Position numbers and translations under genes: made by a program
Assembly: GCA_965249135.1 (NCBI GenBank)
Contig: OZ252220.1
Location: 1,760,001-1,824,000 of the forward strand
Length of the DNA: 64,000 nucleotides
Direction of reading: 5' to 3'
DNA from: Alphaproteobacteria bacterium
GTDB taxonomy: Bacteria > Pseudomonadota > Alphaproteobacteria > GCA-2746255
In this document: one piece after another, positions 1 to 10,301 of the stretch
Layout: every line of letters begins with the position of its first letter
Numbering within the stretch: position 1 is the stretch's first letter
Notes under the pieces: generated by a model
Seen by the model: the letters and a program-made list of their open reading frames with translations, nothing else
Databases searched by the model: none
What the model was told of the DNA's origin: nothing

Positions 1-121
1 GCCTGGTGTGGCGATGATCACCAGTCACATGCTCGGTGCCTTTCGGGACAATCCGACGACTCGTCGTGAATTCCTGGCGATGATCGGCCAGCCACGGGTC
101 ACCCAGTCCATTGGCTCTTGA
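1..121 (+). CDS. folE: GTP cyclohydrolase I, C-terminal fragment (truncated by window start)
   Basis: Frame from position 2 reads PGVAMITSHMLGAFRDNPTTRREFLAMIG..., stop TGA 119-121; matches the FolE C-terminal TSxMLGxFRxxxxTRxEFL motif. Confidence 0.85.
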   Translation, partial: PGVAMITSHMLGAFRDNPTTRREFLAMIGQPRVTQSIGS

Positions 122-141
122 TCCGTGAGGACCGGATAACC

Positions 142-170
142 CCGGACTGGACAAGGAGTCCGGATTTCTT
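142..170 (+). terminator. Possible intrinsic terminator after folE
   Basis: CCGGACT (142-148) / AGTCCGG (157-163) stem followed by ATTTCTT; weak U-tract. Confidence 0.3.
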
Positions 171-214
171 AAATGCTCCCTTCCATTCAGTTTGAAAACT
201 GAGGCGGGTTTGAT

Positions 215-1663
215 TTGCTAGATTTCCGACCCATTCTTTTTGTCATTGGCCTGCTGCTCACGACCATTGCGGTGGCGATGGGCATACCGGCCGTCGTCGA
301 CGTGTTGGCTGGTCATTCGGACTGGCAGGTCTTTGCCATTTCCTCGGCCTTGACGCTTTTTATCGGGGTCTCGCTGACCCTAGCCGGCCGCGCGGCCGAG
401 ATGCGGCTCACGATCCGTCAGACCTTTCTGTTGACGACGCTCAGCTGGGTTGCAATCGCAATTTTTGCGGCCTTGCCGCTTGCCTTCTCGGATTTGGACC
501 TCTCCTATACGGATGCGTTCTTCGAAGCGATGTCGGGTCTTACGACGACGGGATCAACGGTCATCGCCGGACTCGACAACGCACCACCCGGAATCCTGCT
601 TTGGCGGGCGCTCCTGCAATGGCTCGGCGGGGTTGGTATCATCGTCATGGCGGTAGCGGTGTTGCCGGTCCTGCAGGTGGGTGGCATGCAGCTTTTCCAG
701 ACGGAATCCTCGGACACGTCCGAGAAGGTGTTGCCCCGGATCGCCCAGATCATTACCGGCATTTCGGTGATCTATATCGGTTTGACCTCGATCTGTGCGC
801 TTTTCCTTTGGATATGGGGCATGAGCGGGTTCGAGGCCGTCGTCCATGCCATGACGACGATTGCAACCGGTGGATTCTCGACTTCGGACGGATCCATCGC
901 CCATTTCAGTAGCGCCGCAATCGACTGGACGATCACCATTTTCATGGTGCTTTCCGGCTTGCCGTTTGTCCTCTATCTGCAGACGGTTCGCGGCAACCTG
1001 CTGGTCCTTCTCAGGGATGGCCAAGTCCGCTGGTTCCTGGGCGCCATCCTCATTTATGTGATCGTCATGGCGGGGTGGCTGTGGGAAGCCCATGACTATG
1101 CGATCGGGGAATCCCTTCGCTATTCCGCGTTCAACGTCATTTCCATCATGACGGGAACCGGCTACTCGACGGCAAGCTTCGATCTCTGGGGAAGCTTTGC
1201 GCTGGTCATTTTCTTTCTTCTCATGTTCGTGGGCGGTTGCGCGGGCTCGACCACCTGCAGCATTAAAATCTTCCGCTACCAAGTGCTTTACGCCGCGATG
1301 AAAGCGCAAACCAAGCGTCTGATTCATCCCCATGGCGTGTTCGTTCCCTACTACAATCGTCATCCGATTCCGGAATCGGTTATTTTTTCGGTCCTAAGCT
1401 TCATCTTCCTTTTCATGATGTGCTTCGTAGCGTTGGCGGCAGCTCTTGGCTTGCTCGGCCTCGATTTTCTGACGGCGGTTTCGGGCGCGGCGACGGCGAT
1501 CACGAATGTCGGGCCGGGGCTGGGGAATCTGATCGGGCCGGACGGAAACTTCGCCTTCCTTCCGGACGCCGCGAAGTGGTTGCTGGCAGCAGGCATGCTG
1601 CTTGGCCGGCTCGAACTGTTCACGGTATTGGTGTTGTTCGCGCCTGGCTTCTGGCGTGATTGA
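215..1663 (+). CDS. trkH: TrkH-family potassium uptake membrane protein
   Basis: 482 aa polytopic protein with the four pore motifs FEAMSGLTTTG, TTIATGGFS, TGTGY and NVGPG, plus GGCAGSTT and GRLE. Confidence 0.95.
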   Translation: MLDFRPILFVIGLLLTTIAVAMGIPAVVDVLAGHSDWQVFAISSALTLFIGVSLTLAGRAAEMRLTIRQTFLLTTLSWVAIAIFAALPLAFSDLDLSYTDAFFEAMSGLTTTGSTVIAGLDNAPPGILLWRALLQWLGGVGIIVMAVAVLPVLQVGGMQLFQTESSDTSEKVLPRIAQIITGISVIYIGLTSICALFLWIWGMSGFEAVVHAMTTIATGGFSTSDGSIAHFSSAAIDWTITIFMVLSGLPFVLYLQTVRGNLLVLLRDGQVRWFLGAILIYVIVMAGWLWEAHDYAIGESLRYSAFNVISIMTGTGYSTASFDLWGSFALVIFFLLMFVGGCAGSTTCSIKIFRYQVLYAAMKAQTKRLIHPHGVFVPYYNRHPIPESVIFSVLSFIFLFMMCFVALAAALGLLGLDFLTAVSGAATAITNVGPGLGNLIGPDGNFAFLPDAAKWLLAAGMLLGRLELFTVLVLFAPGFWRD

Positions 1664-1674
1664 GGTGCCGTGCC

Positions 1675-2271
1675 TTAACGCAGGAAGTCGGAGAAGTGGC
1701 CGCGAATGGCCGTTTCCATCTCTTGGTCGAAACTTTTCAGAAGGTTTTCCGTCAGCCCGAACCAGTAGCCTTCGCGCTCATTGATACTCATGTTTTCCGG
1801 GACGGTCTGGGTGTAATGGGCTTTGGCTTCCGCAAAAGCGAGCCGTTTTCCCTTTCCATCGACGATTTCAAGTAGGACATCGAGCGTTGCCTCGTAGCGG
1901 GCCCCTTGATCGACGGTGAAGTAACCCAAAAGACCGCCGGTGGTGGAGAGCTTTTCTTCAACCACCTTGGCATCGCGAATGATGAAGCGGGCGATCGCCG
2001 GTCCCGCCGACGCCTGAAGCCGTTCTTCCGCCCAGTGTTTTGCAGCCTCCATCGGCGAAGTAGGCAGACGATGCTCGATGTTTGGTGCGCGCATCGGCGG
2101 TGCATAGGCATAAACGATCTCGATCCGATCCACTCCAAGACGGATCGGCGAAAGGTGCGCAAAGGTGAGCTCTGGCTGGTGGCCGGTCGGTGGCGGCGTG
2201 GTGCAGGCGGATAGGATAACCAAGCCCATGCAGACGAGAAAGCCGGCAAGCAAGCCACGCCCCTGCGCCAT
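1675..2271 (-). CDS. Conserved hypothetical lipoprotein
   Basis: ATG 2271 preceded by AAGGAGG; hydrophobic signal ending in lipobox LSAC. Confidence 0.7.
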   Translation of the reverse strand: MAQGRGLLAGFLVCMGLVILSACTTPPPTGHQPELTFAHLSPIRLGVDRIEIVYAYAPPMRAPNIEHRLPTSPMEAAKHWAEERLQASAGPAIARFIIRDAKVVEEKLSTTGGLLGYFTVDQGARYEATLDVLLEIVDGKGKRLAFAEAKAHYTQTVPENMSINEREGYWFGLTENLLKSFDQEMETAIRGHFSDFLR

Positions 2272-2282
2272 CTCTCGCCTCC

Positions 2283-3182
2283 TTACACCAGGCACCAGGT
2301 GAGGATCCCTTTTTGGGCATGGAGGCGGTTTTCCGCTTCGTCCCAGACCACGGATTGCGGCCCATCCAATACGGAGGCGGTGACTTCCTCGCCGCGATGG
2401 GCGGGCAGACAGTGCATGAAAATTGCCTCCGCCTTCGCCGCCTTCATCAAGGCATCGTTCACCTGATAGGGGACCAGCAGCTTGCGCGCCGCTTCATCGT
2501 TTGATTGGCCCATCGAGAACCAAGTGTCCGTCACGACGCAGTCCGCATCGGCGACGGCGGCCTTTGGATCGTCGAAGACGCTCACCCGTCCACCCTCTTG
2601 GCTTGCCCAGTCCAACAGGGCTTTTGCAGGCAAGTGTGACGTCGGGCAGGCCAGGCGAAGCTCGAAATCGAACCGCAAGCTTGCCTGAATCCAGGTCGAG
2701 GCGACGTTGTTGCCATCCCCACACCACACCACGACCTTGTCGGCGATGGGTCCACGGTGCTCTTCGAAAGTCATCACATCCGCCATCAGTTGGCAGGGAT
2801 GACTCGTGTCCGTAAGTCCATTGATGACGGGGACGCTAGCGTGTTCCGCCATCTCAAGAAGGTTCTTCTCTTGGGAGGTCCTAAACATGATGGCGTCCAC
2901 ATAGCGCGACAGCACCCGAGCGGTGTCCGCGATCGTCTCGCCACGACCGAGCTGCGAATCATCCTGGGTAAGGGATACGATTTCACCGCCTAAGGCCTGC
3001 ATGCCGACTTGGAAAGAGATGCGGGTCCGCGTCGATGGCTTTTCGAAGACGAGCGCCAGCGTCCTGCCCTTCAACGAAGGCGCCTTCCCGTCGCCTTTGT
3101 AGGCGACGGCGCGATCGAGGACGTCGCGCAAGGTTGCGCGGTCCAACCCGCGAAGGTCGAGGAAGTGGCGAGGCGCGCTCAT
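2283..3182 (-). CDS. argF: Ornithine carbamoyltransferase
   Basis: [16 protein letters not shown] and FMHCLP motifs; ATGA overlap with argD. Confidence 0.97.
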   Translation of the reverse strand: MSAPRHFLDLRGLDRATLRDVLDRAVAYKGDGKAPSLKGRTLALVFEKPSTRTRISFQVGMQALGGEIVSLTQDDSQLGRGETIADTARVLSRYVDAIMFRTSQEKNLLEMAEHASVPVINGLTDTSHPCQLMADVMTFEEHRGPIADKVVVWCGDGNNVASTWIQASLRFDFELRLACPTSHLPAKALLDWASQEGGRVSVFDDPKAAVADADCVVTDTWFSMGQSNDEAARKLLVPYQVNDALMKAAKAEAIFMHCLPAHRGEEVTASVLDGPQSVVWDEAENRLHAQKGILTWCLV

Positions 3183-4348
3183 GCGACCTCCGAGCCGACG
3201 CGTTCGAGAATGGTCACGGCTTCATCGACATGCGCCTCTCCGATGATGAGGGGTGGCAAGAGCCGCACGACATTGTCACCGGCGGCGATGGTCAACAACC
3301 CTTCCTGCCGGAAGGCAGCCATCAGCTCACGGCATGGAGGCACCGTCTTCAATCCGATCATGAGCCCCATGCCCCGGACCTCCGTGAAGGCCTTCGGTGT
3401 GGCCCTAACAAGTTTTTCCAAGCGTTCGAAAAGCGCACGACCCATCCGCTGGACGTGCGAGAGGAATCCCTCCGCCAGGAGTTCGTCCAGAACGGCGTTC
3501 GCCACCGCCATCGCCAGTGGATTCCCGCCGAAGGTGCTGCCATGGCTTCCCGCCGTCATCGCACCGGCTGCCTTTTCGTTCGCCAAACAGGCGCCGATCG
3601 GAAAGCCGCCGCCCAACCCCTTCGCGGTGGCCAGGATATCCGGGGTGATGCCCGCCCATTCATGGGCGAACAATTTACCGGTCCGGCCCATGCCGCATTG
3701 CACTTCATCTAGAAAGAGAAGCAGGCTGAACTCATCGGCAACACTGCGCAAATTTTGCAGATCCTCCATGTCAAGCACCCGCACGCCCCCTTCGCCCTGA
3801 ACGGGTTCGACGAGGATCGCCGCCGTTTCCGGGCGGATTGCCGCCTTCAAGGCATTCATGTTCTTGAACGGCACTTGGTCGAAGCCATCCACCGGCGGCC
3901 CGAAACCCTCCAGATGTTTCGACTGGCCTCCGGCGGCAATGGTGGCCAGGGTCCGGCCATGGAAGGCGCCTTCGAAGGTGAGGATGCGATACCGCTCGGG
4001 TGCGCCGTTGCCATGGTGATAGCGGCGCGCCATCTTTATCCCGCACTCGATGGCCTCTGCGCCGGAATTGCAGAAGAAGACGGAGTCGGCAAAACTCGCC
4101 GCGATAAGCCGCTCGGCAAGCCGTTCCTGATCCGGGATTCGGTAGAGGTTCGCACAATGCCAAAGTTTTTCCGCCTGCTCGCACAGCGCGCGGACGAGCT
4201 TCGGATGCGAGTGGCCCAGCGCATCGACCCCGATGCCGGAGGCGAAGTCCAGATACTGCCGACCTTCCGTGTCGAAGAGGTAAACCCCTTCGCCCCGTTC
4301 GAACGCGACATCGGCCGGCGCATAGGTTGGCAAAACCGCAGGAATCAC
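3179..4348 (-). CDS. argD: Acetylornithine aminotransferase
   Basis: Class III PLP motifs [41 protein letters not shown]; upstream of argF. Confidence 0.95.
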   Translation of the reverse strand: MIPAVLPTYAPADVAFERGEGVYLFDTEGRQYLDFASGIGVDALGHSHPKLVRALCEQAEKLWHCANLYRIPDQERLAERLIAASFADSVFFCNSGAEAIECGIKMARRYHHGNGAPERYRILTFEGAFHGRTLATIAAGGQSKHLEGFGPPVDGFDQVPFKNMNALKAAIRPETAAILVEPVQGEGGVRVLDMEDLQNLRSVADEFSLLLFLDEVQCGMGRTGKLFAHEWAGITPDILATAKGLGGGFPIGACLANEKAAGAMTAGSHGSTFGGNPLAMAVANAVLDELLAEGFLSHVQRMGRALFERLEKLVRATPKAFTEVRGMGLMIGLKTVPPCRELMAAFRQEGLLTIAAGDNVVRLLPPLIIGEAHVDEAVTILERVGSEVA

Positions 4349-4413
4349 TTTTCCCTCCCAAGAAGCACGCGGCTTGGGAACAAGGCTTCTTCCAAGTTCA
4401 CGAAAAGCCGGAG

Positions 4414-4442
4414 AGTATCTTGCCTGCCATGCTCGCTGTCAA
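4414..4442 (-). promoter_or_regulatory. Sigma70-type promoter for argD-argF
   Basis: Minus strand TTGACA (4442-4437), 17 bp spacer, GATACT (4419-4414), about 65 bp upstream of the argD start. Confidence 0.6.
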
Positions 4443-4487
4443 CGCGAGGTATGGAAGAAAGGGGATTTTTTCTGCGGTTCGCGACCC

Positions 4488-5303
4488 TCATGATTTCAGC
4501 TTATAGCCCGTCTTGAACATCCGATGGCAGAGAAACAGCAGGGCAAGGCTGACCAGCGTGAGCGTGGCAATCCCGACCCCGAGCGATCCATCCGAATGGC
4601 CAGTCATGCCATAGCGGAAGCCATCGATCGCATAGAAAAAAGGGTTCGCCGTTGCCAACCACTGCCAGGCACCCGGAAGCCGTTCGATCGAATAAAACGT
4701 GCCCGAAAGAAAGGCGAGCGGCATCACGACGAAATTCGTCACCGCCGCGATATGGTCGAATTTTTCCGCCCAGATTCCAAAGATGGTGCCGAGCAGGGAA
4801 AGCACCATCGACGCCGCGAAGGCGTGAAAGAGCAGAAAGAAAACGTTATGAACGTGAAAACCTACGAACGGAACGAGGGCCGCTGTCGTTACGATCCCGA
4901 CAAGGATGCCACGCACGACACCGCCCAACACATAGCCGATCGTGAGTTCGACGGGGCTTAAGGGCGGCATGAGGATGTCGACGATGTTGCCCTGGATTTT
5001 CGCGATCATCAGCGAGGAAGAGGTGTTCGCAAAAGCGTTCTGGATCATCGACATCATGACGAGGCCCGGGGCCAGAAACAGGGCGAAGGGAAGCCCGCTT
5101 GTCACCTCTTCCCGCCGGCCCAGGGCAAGCGTGAAAATCGCGAAGAAAATCAATGCCGTAACAACAGGTGCGATGATCGTCTGGGTGTAGACCTTCAGGA
5201 AACGTTGGACCTCGCGCGCGCAAAGCGTCCACAGGCCTAGCCAGTTGACCGGTCCGGAAAGACGGGATTCGAATGGCATTGTAGGGTGCGTCTCTTCAGG
5301 CAT
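4488..5303 (-). CDS. ABC-2 type transporter permease (YadH-like)
   Basis: REVQRFLKV...QTIIAP, FLAPGLVMM, PLAFLSGTFY, NPFFYAIDGFR; start uncertain (ATG 5303 or 5279), not the 5468 ORF limit. Confidence 0.88.
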   Translation of the reverse strand: MPEETHPTMPFESRLSGPVNWLGLWTLCAREVQRFLKVYTQTIIAPVVTALIFFAIFTLALGRREEVTSGLPFALFLAPGLVMMSMIQNAFANTSSSLMIAKIQGNIVDILMPPLSPVELTIGYVLGGVVRGILVGIVTTAALVPFVGFHVHNVFFLLFHAFAASMVLSLLGTIFGIWAEKFDHIAAVTNFVVMPLAFLSGTFYSIERLPGAWQWLATANPFFYAIDGFRYGMTGHSDGSLGVGIATLTLVSLALLFLCHRMFKTGYKLKS

Positions 5304-5328
5304 TGACAGCTGGGTGCCAAGATAGGGA

Positions 5329-5997
5329 GTGACGGAACTTCCCGCAAGCGGCTGGCGGGAGGTGGAAGGGCATGGCATGCTTCGCCGGATGATGATCGGC
5401 CAACGAGATGGGACGCAGAAACGCAAAGGGCGAAAGCCCTCTCGCGGCCCGCGCCGTATCACACCCATCTATTTGGAGAATGCCGCTCTTTTTTATCTCG
5501 AACGCTATTCAGCTTCCGTAGCGCATTTTCGTCGCATTCTGATGAATAAGGTCCGTCGCTCCGCCCGCTTTCACGGAACGGATATCGAGGAAGGGGCGAG
5601 GATCATAGAAAACCTTATCGAGCGTTATCAGCGAAGCGGCCTCCTCGACGACGATCGGTATGCGGAGGTGAAGGCGCGGTACTTTCACGGACGCGGCACC
5701 GCCATCCGTGGCATCCAGGCAAAGCTTCGGGAAAAGAGGGTCGCGGACGCCGCGATTGAGGGGGCGGTTGCGAAGCTTCACGAGGCGACAGCCAGCCCAG
5801 ACCTTGTGGCCGCCGCCGCCTATGTGCGCCGGCGGCGTTTCGGCCCCTACCGCGGAAGCGAAAAGCGACCCGAGCACTTCAAGCGGGATCTCGCCGCCCT
5901 TGGCCGGTCCGGCTTTTCTTACGAGGTGGCACGTCAGGTTCTGGAGGCGGAAAGCGTCGATGCGCTGGAGGCGCTTCTCGCCGAAGAAGAGGCTTAG
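5329..5997 (+). CDS. recX: RecX-family regulatory protein
   Basis: LENAALFYLERY, GLLDDDRYA, LAALGRSGFSYEVA; start uncertain (possibly ATG 5389/5392). Confidence 0.8.
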   Translation: MTELPASGWREVEGHGMLRRMMIGQRDGTQKRKGRKPSRGPRRITPIYLENAALFYLERYSASVAHFRRILMNKVRRSARFHGTDIEEGARIIENLIERYQRSGLLDDDRYAEVKARYFHGRGTAIRGIQAKLREKRVADAAIEGAVAKLHEATASPDLVAAAAYVRRRRFGPYRGSEKRPEHFKRDLAALGRSGFSYEVARQVLEAESVDALEALLAEEEA

Positions 5998-8303
5998 TAA
6001 TCGGTGCCGGCGTCATCGGCGTCGCCGCCACGGCCACCGCCTTTTCGTTTGCCCTTCGACGCCGGAGGCGCTTTCGGCGGACGGCCCAAGCCCTTGAAAA
6101 CGCGGTTCGCTTCGCCCTGATAGACCGTGCGATGGGGGAAGGGGATCTCGATCCCCAATTCGTCGAAGCGGCTTTTCATACGGCGGTTGAACTCACGCCC
6201 CACCGACCATTGCTGAAGCGGCTCCGTCTTCATGCGGGCCTTGATGACGACGGCCGAATCGTCGAACCGATCCAGCCCTAGCACTTCCAACGGTTCCAGG
6301 ATCCGATCGGCGAAGGCTGCATCCGCCTGCATCTCGGCGGCGATGTCTTCGAGCACCGGAATGACGGCGTCGACGTCCTCCCGGTAGCCGATGCCGATCT
6401 CAAACAATGCATAGGAATAGTCCTTCGTCATGTTGAGAACGGTATCGACGGTGCTGAAGGGGATCGTATGCACATTTCCGCCCAGGTCCCGAAGGCGGAT
6501 GGTCCGGATCGTGAGTCCCTCGACGCGCCCGGCGTGCGAACCAATCTGCACGACGTCGCCAACGGCGATTTGATCCTCCATCAGGATGAAAACGCCCGTG
6601 ATCACGTCCTTGACGAGCGTCTGGGCACCGAAACCGAAGGCAAGGCCGACCACACCGGCGCCGGCGATCAGTGGCGCGATGTTGAGGCCAAGCTCGGAAA
6701 GCACGATCATTGTCGCGACGATCGCGATGACGACGAGGATTACCATCCGGAACAGCGGCAGCAGCGTTTGCTCCCGCGCCTTGGCGGCCGCACTCTTCCG
6801 GTCGGATTTTTCGAGCTGCCGCTCGACGAAGGCGGTCACGAACTCCGAGAGAAGCGCGGCTGCGAAGAGAACGATGGCGATCGTCGCGAGCGTCGCGAGG
6901 ACGCGTCGGCCAAGCTCGGTGGTGACCCAGGTGGACACGTCGATCCCCCAGGATTCGAACAGCGCCAATACTGCCACGATCAGAACGCCATAGCGGGCCA
7001 CGTAATGAAGGACGGCGAGGTAGCGGTTGGCCCGTTCCTCGAGACCCGGTACGCCGGTCTTCAGCGCTTCGCTCACCCGGAAGGTGCGATCGATCAGGCG
7101 GTGGAGGATGGCAAGCGCCCCCCACGCCGCCAGCACGACCCCGATGGAAAGGAGCGTCGCCCGTAGGACGAAGGCGAAACCGTCCTCGATCTCGAGCGTC
7201 CATACGGCGAAAACGACGAGGACGTATAGGACGGCAAGGACGTGCCAGATATCCGCGAAACGGTTGCGAAGGCTGCGAAAGGCGGCGTCCTTCGCTTTAA
7301 AGGTGCTTCCGGCATGCCGCAGCCACTCCGCGAAATCCCTCCGGTTCTGGAGGATGAAGATGACGCCCATCACCGCAAGGATGAGGCCGACGATCTTGAC
7401 TAACCCGGCATGGCCGGCGGGCGTCAGGCCGAACGCGAGCGCCGCCGCCAGGATGAAGAAGCCGTAGACGGCGACATAGGTGAACCGCCCGATCCAGATA
7501 TAGATGTAGCGCGCCGTCGCGTCGTTCAAAGGAAGCAGGCGAAGCGAGCTTACATGAGGCACGAGCACCATCCGTGAGGCGGCGAGCAGGGCCCGCGAAA
7601 GGAGGTTGGCATTGATCAGAATCATGACGACGAGGCGCACATCGCCCTCGGCACTTGTGAGCGGCAACACCCCGTAGGCTCCGGCCGCGAAGGCGGTGAT
7701 CGGGAGCAGGTCGAGAACGGTCCGGACGGCGAGCAGCACGATGCGAAGGCTCGTGCTCTCCGTCACGCGGTCCTCGACGGACGCACGCGGACGGGAAAGC
7801 AGGACGCGCACAACCCATTCGGCGATGAGACCGGCCCCAAGCACGGGCACCAGCCAGAGCAGCACGCCGAGCCAGCGCTCGCGGGCGGCTTCGCTCGTCA
7901 CTTGAGTTTTCATCCACTTCAAGACCTTCGGCGCATCCGCCAGTACGGTAAGCGCCCCCTGAAGGTCGGTGCCGACGGTCTGAATGCGCGTAATCAGAAG
8001 ACCAGTGATCCGCGCGCCGATGCTTTCTTCCGGCGCCGTCTCCACTTCTTTCGAGACGGCGGCAAGCGCGCGCAGCCGTTCCAGCAAACGTTCCCGTTCT
8101 TCCTCGTTCTCGAGGGTTTCAAGCAGCGCTTTTGCTTCCGCCGATGTTGCGGCCGGCGCTTCCATCCCCGCCTCCGCCGCAAGGGCGGCAGGGGGCATTC
8201 CGGCAAGGGCGAAGAAAAACAGGCCGGCGAAGAGCCATGAGAGAAAACGTCGCCCACGTCCCGGGATCGCGCTATAAACGCGGAAGATCGAAGGAGAAAT
8301 CAT
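5994..8303 (-). CDS. MscS-family mechanosensitive channel (YbiO-like, long N-terminal membrane region)
   Basis: GAGVVGLAFGFGAQTLVKDVITG, VGDVV, GxVExLTIR, GIEIPFP; signal-peptide-like N terminus. Confidence 0.92.
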   Translation of the reverse strand: MISPSIFRVYSAIPGRGRRFLSWLFAGLFFFALAGMPPAALAAEAGMEAPAATSAEAKALLETLENEEERERLLERLRALAAVSKEVETAPEESIGARITGLLITRIQTVGTDLQGALTVLADAPKVLKWMKTQVTSEAARERWLGVLLWLVPVLGAGLIAEWVVRVLLSRPRASVEDRVTESTSLRIVLLAVRTVLDLLPITAFAAGAYGVLPLTSAEGDVRLVVMILINANLLSRALLAASRMVLVPHVSSLRLLPLNDATARYIYIWIGRFTYVAVYGFFILAAALAFGLTPAGHAGLVKIVGLILAVMGVIFILQNRRDFAEWLRHAGSTFKAKDAAFRSLRNRFADIWHVLAVLYVLVVFAVWTLEIEDGFAFVLRATLLSIGVVLAAWGALAILHRLIDRTFRVSEALKTGVPGLEERANRYLAVLHYVARYGVLIVAVLALFESWGIDVSTWVTTELGRRVLATLATIAIVLFAAALLSEFVTAFVERQLEKSDRKSAAAKAREQTLLPLFRMVILVVIAIVATMIVLSELGLNIAPLIAGAGVVGLAFGFGAQTLVKDVITGVFILMEDQIAVGDVVQIGSHAGRVEGLTIRTIRLRDLGGNVHTIPFSTVDTVLNMTKDYSYALFEIGIGYREDVDAVIPVLEDIAAEMQADAAFADRILEPLEVLGLDRFDDSAVVIKARMKTEPLQQWSVGREFNRRMKSRFDELGIEIPFPHRTVYQGEANRVFKGLGRPPKAPPASKGKRKGGGRGGDADDAGTDY

Positions 8304-8643
8304 GTCCGTGACAATTTACCACAATCCTCGGTGTAGTAAATCGCGCGCTACCCTCGAGTTCTTGCGGGAACGCGGAATCAAGCCCGTCGTGATCGAATAC
8401 CTGAAGACACCGCCGACGGCAGCCGAACTGCATCGGCTGTTGGGCCAGCTTGGGCTTCGGGCGAAGGATCTGATTCGGACGAACGAGGAGGAATACGAGG
8501 CGATCAAGGACCTTGATCTGGATGAGGGCGGCCTGATCGCTGCGATGGCGAAACACCCGAAACTGATTCAGCGTCCCATCGTCGTTGCCAATAATCGGGC
8601 GGCCATCGGCCGTCCGCCGGAAAACGTTCTCGAAATTCTCTAA
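8302..8643 (+). CDS. arsC: ArsC (glutaredoxin-type)/YfgD-family protein
   Basis: YHNPRCSKSR, LIQRPIV, GRPPE; RBS AAGGAGA upstream. Confidence 0.9.
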   Translation: MSVTIYHNPRCSKSRATLEFLRERGIKPVVIEYLKTPPTAAELHRLLGQLGLRAKDLIRTNEEEYEAIKDLDLDEGGLIAAMAKHPKLIQRPIVVANNRAAIGRPPENVLEIL

Positions 8644-8666
8644 GATTTAAGAGGGGGGACGATAGC

Positions 8667-9701
8667 GTGGAAAGACGCGAGCTCGGTCGCTCCGGAATCC
8701 GGGTCAGCTCAATCTGTCTCGGTACGATGACGTGGGGCGAGCAGAATACGGAAAGCGAGGCCCACGCCCAACTCGATCTGGCACTTGATGCGGGCGTGAA
8801 TTTTATCGACACGGCGGAAATGTATCCGATACTGCCGCGCGCAGAAACCTACGGGCGGACGGAAACCTATATCGGAAGCTGGTTGAAGACGCGCAAGAAG
8901 CGGGACAAAGTTATTCTTGCTACGAAAGTCGTTGGACAAGCGCAATTCTCTTATATCCGGGGTGGAAACCATTGCCTCGACCGTCGCAATATCGAAGAAG
9001 CGGTGGGAAACAGTCTTCGCCGTCTATGCACGGATTACATCGATCTCTATCAACTCCACTGGCCGGATCGAAGCACGAATATCTTCGGCAAACTCGGCTA
9101 CCGCCATACCGAAGAAACCTCCGTGCCGCTCGAGGAAACGCTCGCGGCGCTCGACGATCTCGTGCGGGCCGGAAAGATCCGCATGATCGGCGTTTCGAAC
9201 GAGACGCCGTGGGGGCTGATGCGCTATTTGCAGCTTGCCGAGACGAGGGGATGGGCGCGCATGCAAAGCATCCAGAACCCGTACAGTCTGCTCAACCGAA
9301 GTTTCGAGGTGGGCTTGACGGAAATCGCGATCCGCGAGCGTTGCGGGCTGCTTGCCTATTCACCGCTTGCCTTCGGTACGCTTTCCGGAAAATATCTCGA
9401 CGGCAACCGGCCGGAAGGGGCGAGGCTCACCCTTTTCACCGGGCTGGACCGCTACACGAATCCCCATGCCGAAGCGGCGACGACGGCCTATGTAAAACTG
9501 GCTAGGGCACATGGGCTCGACCCGGCGCAGATGGCGCTGGCTTATGTAACCAGCCGTCCCTTCATGACGAGTGCGATTATCGGGGCGACGACGACGGCAC
9601 AGTTGAAAAGCGATCTCAAAAGTGCTGCACTTTCGCTTCCTAAGGAAGTACTCGAAGGCATCGAAGCCGTTCATACCGCTCACCCGAATCCGGGTCCTTG
9701 A
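8667..9701 (+). CDS. tas: NADP(H)-dependent aldo-keto reductase (Tas-like)
   Basis: LGTMTWGEQN, DTAEMY, DLYQLHWP, SNETPWG, YSPLAFG. Confidence 0.9.
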   Translation: MERRELGRSGIRVSSICLGTMTWGEQNTESEAHAQLDLALDAGVNFIDTAEMYPILPRAETYGRTETYIGSWLKTRKKRDKVILATKVVGQAQFSYIRGGNHCLDRRNIEEAVGNSLRRLCTDYIDLYQLHWPDRSTNIFGKLGYRHTEETSVPLEETLAALDDLVRAGKIRMIGVSNETPWGLMRYLQLAETRGWARMQSIQNPYSLLNRSFEVGLTEIAIRERCGLLAYSPLAFGTLSGKYLDGNRPEGARLTLFTGLDRYTNPHAEAATTAYVKLARAHGLDPAQMALAYVTSRPFMTSAIIGATTTAQLKSDLKSAALSLPKEVLEGIEAVHTAHPNPGP

Positions 9702-9716
9702 GAAGGAAAGCGGGCC

Positions 9717-10301
9717 GTGCTGCGTCTTTTTGTAGGTATTGCGCTATCGGAGGAAGTGCGGGTCGAATTGGGCACGCTCTGTTCCGGTATTCCCAATGCC
9801 AGATGGGTGCGGCCGGAAAATCTGCACATGACGCTGCGTTTCATCGGCGAGGTGGGCGAAGACGTGGCGGAGGATATCGATGATTCCTTTCGTGAGATTC
9901 GCGGCCAATCCTTTTCGATGTGGCTAAGGGGACTTGGTTTCTTCGGCAACGCACGCAGCCCCCGCCAGATTTGGGTCGGGGTCGAGCGCAACCTTGCCCT
10001 TCACCATCTTCAGGAAAAGATCGAATCCGCCATCGTGCGGGCTGGCTTGCCTCCGGAGCGCCGGAAATTCGTTCCCCACATGACTTTGGCTCGCCTGCGT
10101 GGCCAGAATGTGTCGCGCCTCCAATCCTTTCTTTCGGTACACGAGCCTTTTCGTAAAGGGCCGATCGCGGTTGATCGCTTCACGTTTTTCTCAAGCAAGC
10201 TCTCGCACAACGGGTCCATCTACCGGGCCGAAGCCGACTACCCGCTGGACGGCAATCAGGCGCCAAAGCGGGTTAAGGTTTGTTCGACGGAGCCGACATA
10301 G
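9717..10301 (+). CDS. thpR: RNA 2',3'-cyclic phosphodiesterase (2H family)
   Basis: RLFVGI N terminus and two HxT motifs (HMTLRF, PHMTLAR). Confidence 0.92.
   Translation: MLRLFVGIALSEEVRVELGTLCSGIPNARWVRPENLHMTLRFIGEVGEDVAEDIDDSFREIRGQSFSMWLRGLGFFGNARSPRQIWVGVERNLALHHLQEKIESAIVRAGLPPERRKFVPHMTLARLRGQNVSRLQSFLSVHEPFRKGPIAVDRFTFFSSKLSHNGSIYRAEADYPLDGNQAPKRVKVCSTEPT

Noticed and set aside
8302-8643. Arsenic resistance operon
   Set aside because: No arsR, arsB or acr3 nearby; stand-alone ArsC/YfgD-family genes are common.
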